From a virus, in IMG/VR virus record IMGVR_UViG_3300007760_001418, positions 23,821 through 87,820 of that record: a DNA stretch of 64,000 nucleotides. One strand, given 5' to 3'. Positions 9,009 through 17,727 of this stretch are shown here, piece by piece; position 1 is the first letter of the stretch, and each line of letters opens with the position of its first letter. Position numbers and translations under genes: made by a program. The notes beneath the pieces are model-generated. The model was not told where the DNA came from. It made no database searches and saw only the letters and a list, made by a program, of their open reading frames with translations.

Positions 9009-10937
9009 ATGACAAGTAAGAAAAAATTCTTAGACTTGATCCAAAAGCAGCGTACAAAGCCAAAACCAGAAAAGTTTCAAGGTACTTTTCTAGAATATCT
9101 TGATATTGTTAGTAAGGATCCAGATGTTACTAAGTTAGCACATAAGAGATTATATGATACAATTCTTGATAGTGGCACAGGCCAAATGTCAGATAGCGAA
9201 AGAAATCATAAGTTGTTTGATGGTGAGAAGATCACAGTATATGATTATTTTGATGATGAGTTCTTTGGTGTAGAAAGAATAATTGCAAAGATCATGAGGT
9301 TTTTGAAATCTGCATCCCTTAGGGGCGAAGAGAGTCGACAGATCCTATTACTAATGGGCCCTGTTGGCGCAGGAAAATCCGCACTTACAGAACATATTAA
9401 AAAGGCCCTGGAGGGTAAAACATATTACTGTCTTGATGGTGACCCTCAGGGGGGTGAACCTCTCCACCTTATTCCTCGTTCATTAAGAAAAGAATTCGAA
9501 AAAATTCTAGGTACAAAAATTGAGGGTGACCTTAGTCCTGTGGCTAGACATAGATTGCTTGAAGAGTATGAGGGAACATATGAAAATTTTCCTGTCATTG
9601 AGAAAACGTTTTCGCAGCGGGCCCGTCGAGGAGTAGCATCTGTTCCACCAATGGATGCCAATAGCCAGGACGTCTCAGTACTAATCGGGTCTGAAGATAT
9701 TTCTAAATTAGATCTTTATCCGGAAGATGACCCTAGGGTATTATCATTGAATGGTGCATTTAACGTTGGTAACCGCGGTATCGTGGAACTAATTGAGGTT
9801 TTCAAAAATGAAATTGAATTCCTTCACACAGTTATTACAGCAACACAGGAAAAGCGGATTCCGTCCCCTGGTAAAAATGCAATGATTTACTTTGATGGTG
9901 TTATTATTGCCCACTGTAATGAGGCTGAGTGGAATAGGTTTCGAGCAGAACATACTAACGAGGCAATCCTTGATCGTGTCGTGAAGATCAATGTTCCTTA
10001 CGTCCTTGAGCTCAATAAAGAAATGATGATCTATGAAAAGATACTATCTCGGTCAGACTTTGACGCACATATCGCGCCGCATACGATAAAGATAGCATCA
10101 ATGTTTTCAGTCATGTCCCGTCTTAAGGCATCACAAAAATGTGATCTTCTTACAAAGATGAAAATCTATAATGGTGAAGATGTAATTGAAAAGGGCCGAG
10201 TTAAGAAAATTGATATCCAAGACCTTCGTGAGGAATCAAATAAAGAAGGTATGGAAGGAATATCCACCAGATTTATTATGAAGTCAATTGATAATGCATT
10301 ATCTGATGCTGGTGAAAAGAATATGATAACGCCTGTCTCAGTTATGAAAACTCTAACGAAACAAACAAAAGAACAGATTATTAAAGAAGATGAACGGGAA
10401 CAGTATCTGGAAATTATGCAAGGTGTCCGGGAAGAATACCTTAAGATTCTTGAGACAGAAATTGCAAAAGCTTTTGTTACTGCTTATGAAGAGCAAGCAC
10501 AGGCATTATTTGATACATACCTCGACAATGCAGAAGCATTTACAACTAGACAAAAACTAAAAGATCGAATCACCTCTGAAGAACGTGAGCCTGATGAAGA
10601 GTTTATGAGATCTATTGAAGAACAAATTGGCATCATCGGTTCTAGTAGGGATGGATTCCGAAGTGACGTTACTGCTTATATGTTTGCTAAGATGCGGCGG
10701 AAAGAAACTGTCGACTTTAGAAGTTATGAGCCGCTCAAGGAAGCTATTGAGAGTTACTTGATCTCTAGTGTCAAGGACATGGCCAGAATCGTAACAAAAT
10801 CACAGGTTCGAGATGATGATCAGCAGGAAAAATATTCTGATATGGTTCAGGTCATGATCGATGAGTATGGATATACAGCTACCTCTGCAGAAGAAGTACT
10901 TCGGTATGCATCCAATAATCTATGGCGTGATGGATAA
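9009..10937 (+). CDS. prkA: PrkA/YeaG family AAA+ ATPase / serine kinase
   Basis: LLLMGPVGAGKS, GAFNVGNRGIVELIEVFK, AHCNEAEW, NEAILDR, IAPHT and EGMEGISTRF. Confidence 0.93.
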   Translation: MTSKKKFLDLIQKQRTKPKPEKFQGTFLEYLDIVSKDPDVTKLAHKRLYDTILDSGTGQMSDSERNHKLFDGEKITVYDYFDDEFFGVERIIAKIMRFLKSASLRGEESRQILLLMGPVGAGKSALTEHIKKALEGKTYYCLDGDPQGGEPLHLIPRSLRKEFEKILGTKIEGDLSPVARHRLLEEYEGTYENFPVIEKTFSQRARRGVASVPPMDANSQDVSVLIGSEDISKLDLYPEDDPRVLSLNGAFNVGNRGIVELIEVFKNEIEFLHTVITATQEKRIPSPGKNAMIYFDGVIIAHCNEAEWNRFRAEHTNEAILDRVVKINVPYVLELNKEMMIYEKILSRSDFDAHIAPHTIKIASMFSVMSRLKASQKCDLLTKMKIYNGEDVIEKGRVKKIDIQDLREESNKEGMEGISTRFIMKSIDNALSDAGEKNMITPVSVMKTLTKQTKEQIIKEDEREQYLEIMQGVREEYLKILETEIAKAFVTAYEEQAQALFDTYLDNAEAFTTRQKLKDRITSEEREPDEEFMRSIEEQIGIIGSSRDGFRSDVTAYMFAKMRRKETVDFRSYEPLKEAIESYLISSVKDMARIVTKSQVRDDDQQEKYSDMVQVMIDEYGYTATSAEEVLRYASNNLWRDG

Positions 10938-10987
10938 TTCATAAACTATACTTTTCTTTGTACAGCGTTATTATAGTTGTATAAAGG

Positions 10988-11293
10988 ATGAGGTATATTA
11001 TGAAAACCCCAGGAACAAGTGATTGGTTAATCATTGGCTCAATTGTCATGTGGTGTGTAGGTGTGGTGTGGTATATACCCACCGTCTATGCATGCTGTGG
11101 ACTAATTGGTAAGACAATGGAAAAAGCATTAGAGATGCAGCGACATAAGGATACTGTCGAAGCAATGGAAAAGTTTGCAGAAAAATTTACTAGTCGGCCG
11201 AGTGGAGGTGCAGATATGAGTGATGCACTAAAGAGCGTGCAGAATCTAGTTAATTTGTTCGACACCGGCAAAGATCCTAGAACACCAAACTAA
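10988..11293 (+). CDS. Small hypothetical membrane protein
   Basis: N-terminal hydrophobic segment; fills the intergenic space. Confidence 0.6.
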   Translation: MRYIMKTPGTSDWLIIGSIVMWCVGVVWYIPTVYACCGLIGKTMEKALEMQRHKDTVEAMEKFAEKFTSRPSGGADMSDALKSVQNLVNLFDTGKDPRTPN

Positions 11294-11296
11294 TCT

Positions 11297-12655
11297 ATGC
11301 TAGCCAGTAATGCAAAACCTGCATACATAACGCTAATAGAAAATTCTGATGCTGGCGTTTCTGTCAATGCATTTCTAAAAAAGCTAGATGCATGCGTCGA
11401 TAATATGCTATCTAGAAAGCTAGGCATGGGCTCAGCCGGTGGGTATCATCATGCATGTGAAGCCGACCTGGCCACGATTATATCAGAAATTGATATTGAC
11501 AACCAGATTGAACTAACTGTAAGAAATATTTTATTGAATGCAGTTATCAATGCAGAGAAACTGGCAGCTGGTTCTGGAATTATTGCTGTCATAGCATTTT
11601 TGGAACTTCGCAAAAGGCCAGAAAGCCAGACAGATCCAAATGCTCTGGTTGGACATACTCATGTTACCGATTTGAAAACTACAAAAGATATTCTAAAAAG
11701 AATATTTGGGGTTGACAATAAGCTATATCATATGATCCTTAAGGCATGTGATATAGCTGGTCATAATGGTAGTATATACATTAATAATATTCCCAAAGAT
11801 ACATCATATATTGAGCTAACATCCGGTTACCGATTTTCTTGTCACATGGATAAAAGCTTCGAGGCAGCTGCCAAAATAACTAAGTGGAATAGATCACATG
11901 TTCGAGCATTTATAATTGATGGTATTATAGAGACGGTGGGGGAAATAAATCATATCTTAGAATATATGTCTGAGTCCAAGGAAGCCGGAATTATATTTGC
12001 AAGAGGGTATTCAGAAGAAGTTATAGCCACATTAGCAGTTAATGCTAAAAGAAAGACCCTTGATATAGTACCAGTAATTGTCCCCTTTGATCTACAGGGG
12101 ATGAATATGTTAAAAGATATTGCAGTTGTGTGTGGATCCGATGTAGTTTCATCTCTTAAAGGTGAGCTAATTTCTTCTATAGAAATTGATACAATCCCTG
12201 TTATAGATTTTGTATTAGCTGATATGGCTCATATTATTATTGAGCACCCGCCAACCCAACGCTCGGCCAGGGTACACTTAAAAAATCTTAAAACACGTAT
12301 AGAAAAAGAGAATAGTGAAGATAAGATTAAGCTGTTAAATGATAGGGTCAAAGCGTTGGCTTCAAATTGTGTAGAAGTATCTTTTGGAACAGAATATTCT
12401 AAGAATATACAGCTGGCCGTCAGTCGCTTTGAGGCGGGAATTCGAATGACGGCAGAAATAGCTAGGTCTGGTATCATTGAACTACAGGGCAAAAAGCTAG
12501 ATCAACAACATGTTGCATCACATGTATTTCAAAAACTAATTGACTCGAATTATTCCTACGTTTCCGCCATGGCTATGCTTCATGGGATCCAGGCTGGATG
12601 TAATGCAAAACAGTTTATTGATACAATAGGCGCATTCATTCTACAGGATCACTAG
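11297..12655 (+). CDS. Divergent GroEL/Cpn60-like chaperonin
   Basis: Apical-domain-like IIFARGYSEEVIATLAVN..VPFD..MLKDIAVVCG and KLLNDRVKALAS..VEVSFG. The GDGTTT motif is not conserved. Confidence 0.7.
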   Translation: MLASNAKPAYITLIENSDAGVSVNAFLKKLDACVDNMLSRKLGMGSAGGYHHACEADLATIISEIDIDNQIELTVRNILLNAVINAEKLAAGSGIIAVIAFLELRKRPESQTDPNALVGHTHVTDLKTTKDILKRIFGVDNKLYHMILKACDIAGHNGSIYINNIPKDTSYIELTSGYRFSCHMDKSFEAAAKITKWNRSHVRAFIIDGIIETVGEINHILEYMSESKEAGIIFARGYSEEVIATLAVNAKRKTLDIVPVIVPFDLQGMNMLKDIAVVCGSDVVSSLKGELISSIEIDTIPVIDFVLADMAHIIIEHPPTQRSARVHLKNLKTRIEKENSEDKIKLLNDRVKALASNCVEVSFGTEYSKNIQLAVSRFEAGIRMTAEIARSGIIELQGKKLDQQHVASHVFQKLIDSNYSYVSAMAMLHGIQAGCNAKQFIDTIGAFILQDH

Positions 12656-12716
12656 AACGTTTTTTGTTTACTAGTACCCCTTCCATGATATGGTTTGATA
12701 ACCGTGGAGGTATATT

Positions 12717-12920
12717 ATGGATACAAAAACTGAAGCAGCTGTAATGCAATGTTTCTTCGCAATCAAAGATATGGTAACGTCTTCAGTCGGAGAGACACTA
12801 GTCGGATCAAATAATTTAAGTGATGAAGATGTGAGATACATACTTCAGACATTATCACAATCTTTAGATACTGCTATTGATAGAACATCTGGTACAGTTC
12901 ATAGTCTTCTTAACAAATAG
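12717..12920 (+). CDS. Hypothetical protein
   Basis: ORF with a strong GGAGG RBS. Confidence 0.65.
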   Translation: MDTKTEAAVMQCFFAIKDMVTSSVGETLVGSNNLSDEDVRYILQTLSQSLDTAIDRTSGTVHSLLNK

Positions 12921-12928
12921 AGGGTCAA

Positions 12929-13399
12929 ATGATAGGCACAAAACATATTGTTGAGTGTCACTGTGTATTGCCACAATACCGGTCACGCAAGGAACCGGTA
13001 TATCATAAGTTTATGGTATTTTCAATTATTGATGATAGCGACACAGTAATACCGAAATATGCACAATGTAATAATTGTGGTGTTGTACATAAGATATATG
13101 ATATTTGCAAGTCAGAAATTCTTGCAGGAAAAGATGAAATTCGTACTCTTTGTACGATTGATGATATATCGTTAACAATACCAGAGGATATTAGGGGTGT
13201 CCTAGAATCATATCAGGTAGACTTACCAATATGGGAACAGGTGCAATTTATTTTAAGAAATAAGAAATGGGGAGAACAGATTTTGCTAAGTAAAGAAGAT
13301 CTTAATGATGAAATACAGGGAAAGATGTTAGTCATTGATGGTCTTGAACAGGGGCAGATTCGGATTGAACCATTTATTCAAAAAGCATGGATAGGTTAG
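12929..13399 (+). CDS. Hypothetical protein with putative Zn-binding Cys/His motifs
   Basis: HIVECHC and CNNCGVVH...C. Confidence 0.65.
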   Translation: MIGTKHIVECHCVLPQYRSRKEPVYHKFMVFSIIDDSDTVIPKYAQCNNCGVVHKIYDICKSEILAGKDEIRTLCTIDDISLTIPEDIRGVLESYQVDLPIWEQVQFILRNKKWGEQILLSKEDLNDEIQGKMLVIDGLEQGQIRIEPFIQKAWIG

Positions 13400-13400
13400 T

Positions 13401-13670
13401 ATGGATAAAGCAACAAAGTATGGAAAACTAGAGAAGGAGACGGCTGTTGAAGACCGAATAAAGGCCAGGGATATCGTACAAGAGGTCCTTAATTTTGGTG
13501 TGTCACAGCAACAAATCCTTTATATTGCATACTTATTAGCACTTGAACTAGAGGATAGAGATGCTATGTTAACAATTTCAAGTTCTATCAAGCAATTGTT
13601 GGAACGTGTTGGCGACGACGAAGAAGAAGAGACTAAGGATACTACCCCTTCGGGGATTTTAACAACATGA
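13401..13670 (+). CDS. Hypothetical protein
   Basis: Tightly packed ORF in the operon. Confidence 0.6.
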   Translation: MDKATKYGKLEKETAVEDRIKARDIVQEVLNFGVSQQQILYIAYLLALELEDRDAMLTISSSIKQLLERVGDDEEEETKDTTPSGILTT

Positions 13671-13679
13671 GAGGTAAAA

Positions 13680-13874
13680 ATGAGTAACTCAGTATTAGAT
13701 AAGTGGAATGAAATCAAGGTACTTGTAGAAAGTATAGAGCTTGATGTTCATAAAAACGCCGGTGGCAATGCGTCTGCTGGTGTTCGAGCTCGGCGAGGCC
13801 TTCGTCTTTTAAAGACAGAAGTTGCCGGGCTAATTAAACAAACGATTCAGGTAGAAAAAGCAAAGAAGGGTTGA
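13680..13874 (+). CDS. Histone H1-like Hc1 family nucleoid protein
   Basis: DVHKNAGGNASAGVRARRGLRLLK matches the Hc1 N-terminal GNxxAGxRAR signature; GAGG RBS. Confidence 0.75.
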   Translation: MSNSVLDKWNEIKVLVESIELDVHKNAGGNASAGVRARRGLRLLKTEVAGLIKQTIQVEKAKKG

Positions 13875-13880
13875 TATTAT
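13852..13880 (+). promoter_or_regulatory. Putative sigma70-type promoter for tmRNA
   Basis: TAGAAA-17 nt-TATTAT about 20 nt upstream of the mature tmRNA 5' end. Confidence 0.4.
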
Positions 13881-13901
13881 ATTCTAAGTGTGTAATTCCA
13901 T

Positions 13902-14266
13902 GGGGGCGAAACGGTCTCGACGGGGTGGCAAAGGGTGAAAGTGCAAGTAACCAACGGTAACACATGGTTTGATAGTGTTGCAAACTATAATTGCTAACGA
14001 TAACGTTGCATACGAATACGCACTAGCTGCGTAAACGCGGGGTTGCTGATAGACCTTGTTACCCAACATCAGATAAGCGGCTTGGCTCCGCCGAAATAAA
14101 CTAGGTCAAAAATGGTTACCCTATTTGTAATAGGTGGGTTCTGATGCTTAATAGGAATGGTGGTTTTTTGAGATACTTTGTCAGTTTAGAGAAACTGTCT
14201 AAACTTGTGAACGACTTAAATTTGGACCTATTTCGGACGCGGGTTCGACTCCCGCCGCCTCCACCA
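13902..14266 (+). ncRNA. ssrA: tmRNA (transfer-messenger RNA), tag ANDNVAYEYALAA
   Basis: 5' GGGGGCG pairs with 3' CGCCTCC-ACCA, including the G3:U70 Ala identity pair. T arm GCGGG-TTCGACT-CCCGC. Tag ORF at 13993-14034 reads ANDNVAYEYALAA*. Confidence 0.96.
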
Positions 14267-14438
14267 TTGGTTGGGTAATATGGGTAGCAGCATAAAGGGA
14301 ATGCTTCCTAAAATAAAAAGGGCAGCATCTTCCCACCATGAACCAAGAAAAGGAAATACAGGGCAAAAAAATATAGTTGAACCTACATATATAGAGGAAT
14401 CCGTTAATCCGGATCATGAAACGATAGAGGAAAAAATT

Positions 14439-15533
14439 ATGAGTACTATTGATAATAAAGATAATGAGCCTGCAGATGATACATACATCAACCCTGCAGA
14501 AGATAGTTGGGACTTTATCGGAGGAATGGACGATGATGTTGCAGCCGATGAGCGTCTTTTACCGGACAACAAAGCACCATCTGCATTAAATTGTGGGTTC
14601 ATAGGTGTTGGTGGAGGCGGAGGAAAGTTAGCTAAAGCTTTTCTTGATCTTGGGTTCACTAAAACTGTTGTTGTTAATACCACGGAGAAAGATCTTCCTG
14701 GTGGGATTGATAAGGAACATGTCGTTATTATCCCCGGAGCAGATGGCGTTGGTAAGGATGTAAGTCTTGGAAAAAAGCTGCTTAAAGAAAACAGTACGCT
14801 TGTCGAAGATGCATGCCGATCCAGGCTGGGATCTGTTGAGTGGCTATTTGTACTAGCCGGCGGAGGTGGTGGTACCGGATCTGCATGTGCTGCACTAAAT
14901 GATTCTCTATCCAGATACCTTAAGTCTGTAGAGTCAAAGGGCAGGGTTGTGTATATCATTACAAAACCTACAGCACAGGAATTACTTAATCCTACAATTG
15001 CAACAAATTATGCAGAAATATCAAAAGACTTAAAGGATACACCTCATATTGTAATTGATAATGAACGCCAATTACAATTGTTACGAGGCAAGGTTGGTAT
15101 GTTGAACATGTTCCCAGCTGCAAACTCAACATTTGCAAAACTCTTCCACCAGGTACTACGCCTCGCAAGTGAAAGTTCTTCTATCTCAGCATTTGATTCG
15201 AATGATTTAGAGAGATGTTTGAGTACAGCTGGAAGGATATTCCTTGGCAGTACTGTTATAAGGGACACAGGAGGACGAGATTTAGGCGCACAGGTCCTTC
15301 AAGGTTGTGTTAAGGGGTCACCATGTGCTGGACCAAAAGGGTCTCCAGAGACCGGTGTGTTACTATTGTTGGTAACGTCTCTCATGGCATCGGATCCGGA
15401 TATCAGTAAGCGTCTAGAGTCAGCAACGGCATATGTCGGAGGGCGTGCAAATACGCTTTTTTCGGGTGTGTACGTTAAAGATTCAATTCCTGGACTCATT
15501 GCACTTACCATGTTCGGTGGTATGAAAGACTAA
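14439..15533 (+). CDS. Tubulin/FtsZ superfamily GTPase (PhuZ/TubZ/CetZ-like)
   Basis: GFIGVGGGGGK, VNTTEKDL, GVGKD, signature GGGGGTGS, IVIDN and T7-loop-like FDSNDL. Start set at ATG 14439 after GAGG. Confidence 0.88.
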   Translation: MSTIDNKDNEPADDTYINPAEDSWDFIGGMDDDVAADERLLPDNKAPSALNCGFIGVGGGGGKLAKAFLDLGFTKTVVVNTTEKDLPGGIDKEHVVIIPGADGVGKDVSLGKKLLKENSTLVEDACRSRLGSVEWLFVLAGGGGGTGSACAALNDSLSRYLKSVESKGRVVYIITKPTAQELLNPTIATNYAEISKDLKDTPHIVIDNERQLQLLRGKVGMLNMFPAANSTFAKLFHQVLRLASESSSISAFDSNDLERCLSTAGRIFLGSTVIRDTGGRDLGAQVLQGCVKGSPCAGPKGSPETGVLLLLVTSLMASDPDISKRLESATAYVGGRANTLFSGVYVKDSIPGLIALTMFGGMKD

Positions 15534-15808
15534 TCTTTTACTTCTGTTAATTCTTGTTTATTCAATAGTTTCTTAAAGATAAGTTTCTCTATCTGGCATA
15601 TCCTCATACGTGTTACGCCGAAGAGATCCCCTATTTCCTGAAGGGTATGTTCCCCCTCACTTGCTGCAATCATAATACAGTTTTTACAGTCTGGAGCATC
15701 ATGCCAGTACTTGCATGATCTTTTTTCGCACTGTACTTCATATTTTTTATGTTCCGCATGACAGGTCGTGTCCTGTATTATACTGTCTTTTTCCTTGTTT
15801 TTATTCAT
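15530..15808 (-). CDS. Stand-alone sigma70 region-4 HTH protein with a Cys/His-rich N-terminus
   Basis: EHTLQEIGDLFGVTRMRICQIEK; C/H cluster CHAEH..C..SC..WH...CKNC; GAGG RBS. Confidence 0.8.
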   Translation of the reverse strand: MNKNKEKDSIIQDTTCHAEHKKYEVQCEKRSCKYWHDAPDCKNCIMIAASEGEHTLQEIGDLFGVTRMRICQIEKLIFKKLLNKQELTEVKD

Positions 15809-15934
15809 ACTTTCACCTCATAACGTGCCCTCAATTTGAGCGTACTTCAAAGCTCAGACATATTTAACACAAGACAATAATAACGATAATGATTGAATTG
15901 GATATGTGCTCTGAACGTAACGGTCTAAAAATTG

Positions 15935-17257
15935 ATGAGTAATCGAAAGATTTTAGTAGTTGATACATCCGTACTATTGTACGATATGACAGCCATTCAT
16001 TCTTTTCCTGGTAATGATGTGGTTCTTCCACTGACTGTACTTGATGAATTGGATAGGTTTAAAGATAAGCCCGGCTTACTCGGCGAGTCTGCAAGATACA
16101 TTAATAGGTTTCTAGATGATCTTCGAAAAGATGGAAGGTTAGACAAAGCTGTAGCTGTTCCTAACTCTGACCAGACAGTTCGTGTAGAAATTGAAGCAGA
16201 CTTAGATGCAAAGGTACCGTCCGGACTAAATGCAAGGTATGCTGATAACAAGATCCTTGCGACAGCCATGTTCCTGGCCCACCAGCATGCCGATAAGGAA
16301 GTTAAGGTAATTACTAAGGATATTAACCTCCGGGTTAAGTGCGATGCCTTAGGCCTGGTTGCAGAGGACTATTATAGGGATCATATTGATGTTGATAGTA
16401 GCAATATCTACACTGGGCAAACAGAGCTGATTTTACCAACAGACATCGTCGATCGATTTTTTGAAGAAAAATATTTGAATATTGGTACCCTTCAAGAAAA
16501 AGGTATTATCGATTGCCAACTTTATCCTAACGAGTTTATTGTTGGAAAGAGTCCAGAAAATGGTTCATTCTTAGGCATAGTTATAGATGATGAAATTCGG
16601 CCCTTGATTAAGTCTGAGATAAATCAACACATTGGGGTCGAGCCAAAAAATAAAGAACAAAAATTTGCATTGAACATGCTTAATAATAAAGACATCCCCC
16701 TCGTCTCTATTACTGGATTAGCTGGATCTGGAAAAACCTTTATTACGTTGATGGCAGCAATGGGAAATCTGGGAATGGAAAACTATAAAAGAATCATTTT
16801 CACCAGATCAATCCAGCCGGTGGGTCGCGACCTTGGGTACTTACCAGGAAGTATGGATGAAAAGATGTCTCCATGGCTAGCCCCAATAATGGATAACTTT
16901 AAGCATGCGTTTGGTGATATGTCATACTTTGATATTATGAAAGACAAGGGGCAGATTGACATCGCACCTCTATCATATATCAGGGGCCGGACATTCAATG
17001 ATGCATTTATCATTGTTGATGAAGCACAGAATACAACCATCCATGAGTTAAAAACAATTATTACCCGAGTAGGTAAGGGCTCAAAGGTTGTATTGCTTGG
17101 TGACACAGAACAGGTAGACACTCCTTATATAGATACTCGGTCAAATGGCCTCACAATTGCTGTAGAAAAATTCAAGGGCTCGGAACTATCTGGTCATATT
17201 ATATTAACTAAAGGCCAAAGATCTGATATCGCAACTCTGGCATCAAAGATTCTGTAG
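15935..17257 (+). CDS. phoH: PIN-PhoH (PhoH2/YlaK-like) protein
   Basis: PIN motifs VVDTSVLL, LDELD, ADNKIL and TKDINLRVK; PhoH motifs GLAGSGKT, LGYLPG, IRGRTF, DEAQN and GDTEQVD. Confidence 0.92.
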   Translation: MSNRKILVVDTSVLLYDMTAIHSFPGNDVVLPLTVLDELDRFKDKPGLLGESARYINRFLDDLRKDGRLDKAVAVPNSDQTVRVEIEADLDAKVPSGLNARYADNKILATAMFLAHQHADKEVKVITKDINLRVKCDALGLVAEDYYRDHIDVDSSNIYTGQTELILPTDIVDRFFEEKYLNIGTLQEKGIIDCQLYPNEFIVGKSPENGSFLGIVIDDEIRPLIKSEINQHIGVEPKNKEQKFALNMLNNKDIPLVSITGLAGSGKTFITLMAAMGNLGMENYKRIIFTRSIQPVGRDLGYLPGSMDEKMSPWLAPIMDNFKHAFGDMSYFDIMKDKGQIDIAPLSYIRGRTFNDAFIIVDEAQNTTIHELKTIITRVGKGSKVVLLGDTEQVDTPYIDTRSNGLTIAVEKFKGSELSGHIILTKGQRSDIATLASKIL

Positions 17258-17280
17258 TCTTATCGTTGACTTTATCTTTG

Positions 17281-17309
17281 CTCCTCAATACTTACTAAGG
17301 TATTGGGAG
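17281..17309 (+). promoter_or_regulatory. Putative late promoter ATACTTA within a hairpin covering the RBS
   Basis: CTCC(T)CAATAC pairs with GTATTGGGAG, which contains the RBS. CTCCTCAATACTTA is repeated exactly at 52134. Confidence 0.55.
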
Positions 17310-17316
17310 AAATGCT

Positions 17317-17718
17317 GTGGGCTCAACTAGCTTCAAAAAGAGAGACCTAAACAGGTGGAAAAAAACTTATCCGTTTGTTAAGCGTACACCGAGGTGGGCG
17401 TATTTTAGTGATATGGGCTTCCAGATGGAAGTTGGGGTTGTCAATTTTACATTTGATGATGACCCACCAAATAAGACATTTGTGTTCGCATGTCCATACC
17501 CTGAGCCACCTGCTTTTCCGCCGGTTGTTACTGCTGTAGCTGTTAATGCAACATATGATGAAACAACTGGCCTGTGGACACAGACGGCTCCTCAACCTAA
17601 TGTTAACGTTTCAGTCTTTAATACCTGTCATACTCAGACCGAACTACATCTTTCGAATACATTCCACGGCAGTGTAATGTTACATGTAATTTGGATTGAA
17701 TCACACTGCGGAAGCTAG
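17317..17718 (+). CDS. Hypothetical, probable virion-associated small beta-rich protein
   Basis: First gene after the late-type promoter; the F..PY..PPVVTA pattern resembles the next gene. Confidence 0.55.
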   Translation: MGSTSFKKRDLNRWKKTYPFVKRTPRWAYFSDMGFQMEVGVVNFTFDDDPPNKTFVFACPYPEPPAFPPVVTAVAVNATYDETTGLWTQTAPQPNVNVSVFNTCHTQTELHLSNTFHGSVMLHVIWIESHCGS

Positions 17719-17727
17719 GAGACTATA

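Noticed and set aside
13902-14266. Prophage attachment site at ssrA or tRNA-Asn
   Set aside because: No integrase or duplicated 3' end was seen, and phage-style gene organisation continues on both sides.
13884-14417. Minus-strand ORFs 13884-14069 and 14199-14417
   Set aside because: They are antisense translations of tmRNA (MVEAAGVEPAS is the typical reverse-tRNA artefact).
14271-14438. 56-aa N-terminal extension of the tubulin homologue
   Set aside because: It has a TTG start immediately after tmRNA with no RBS; ATG 14439 has a GAGG RBS.
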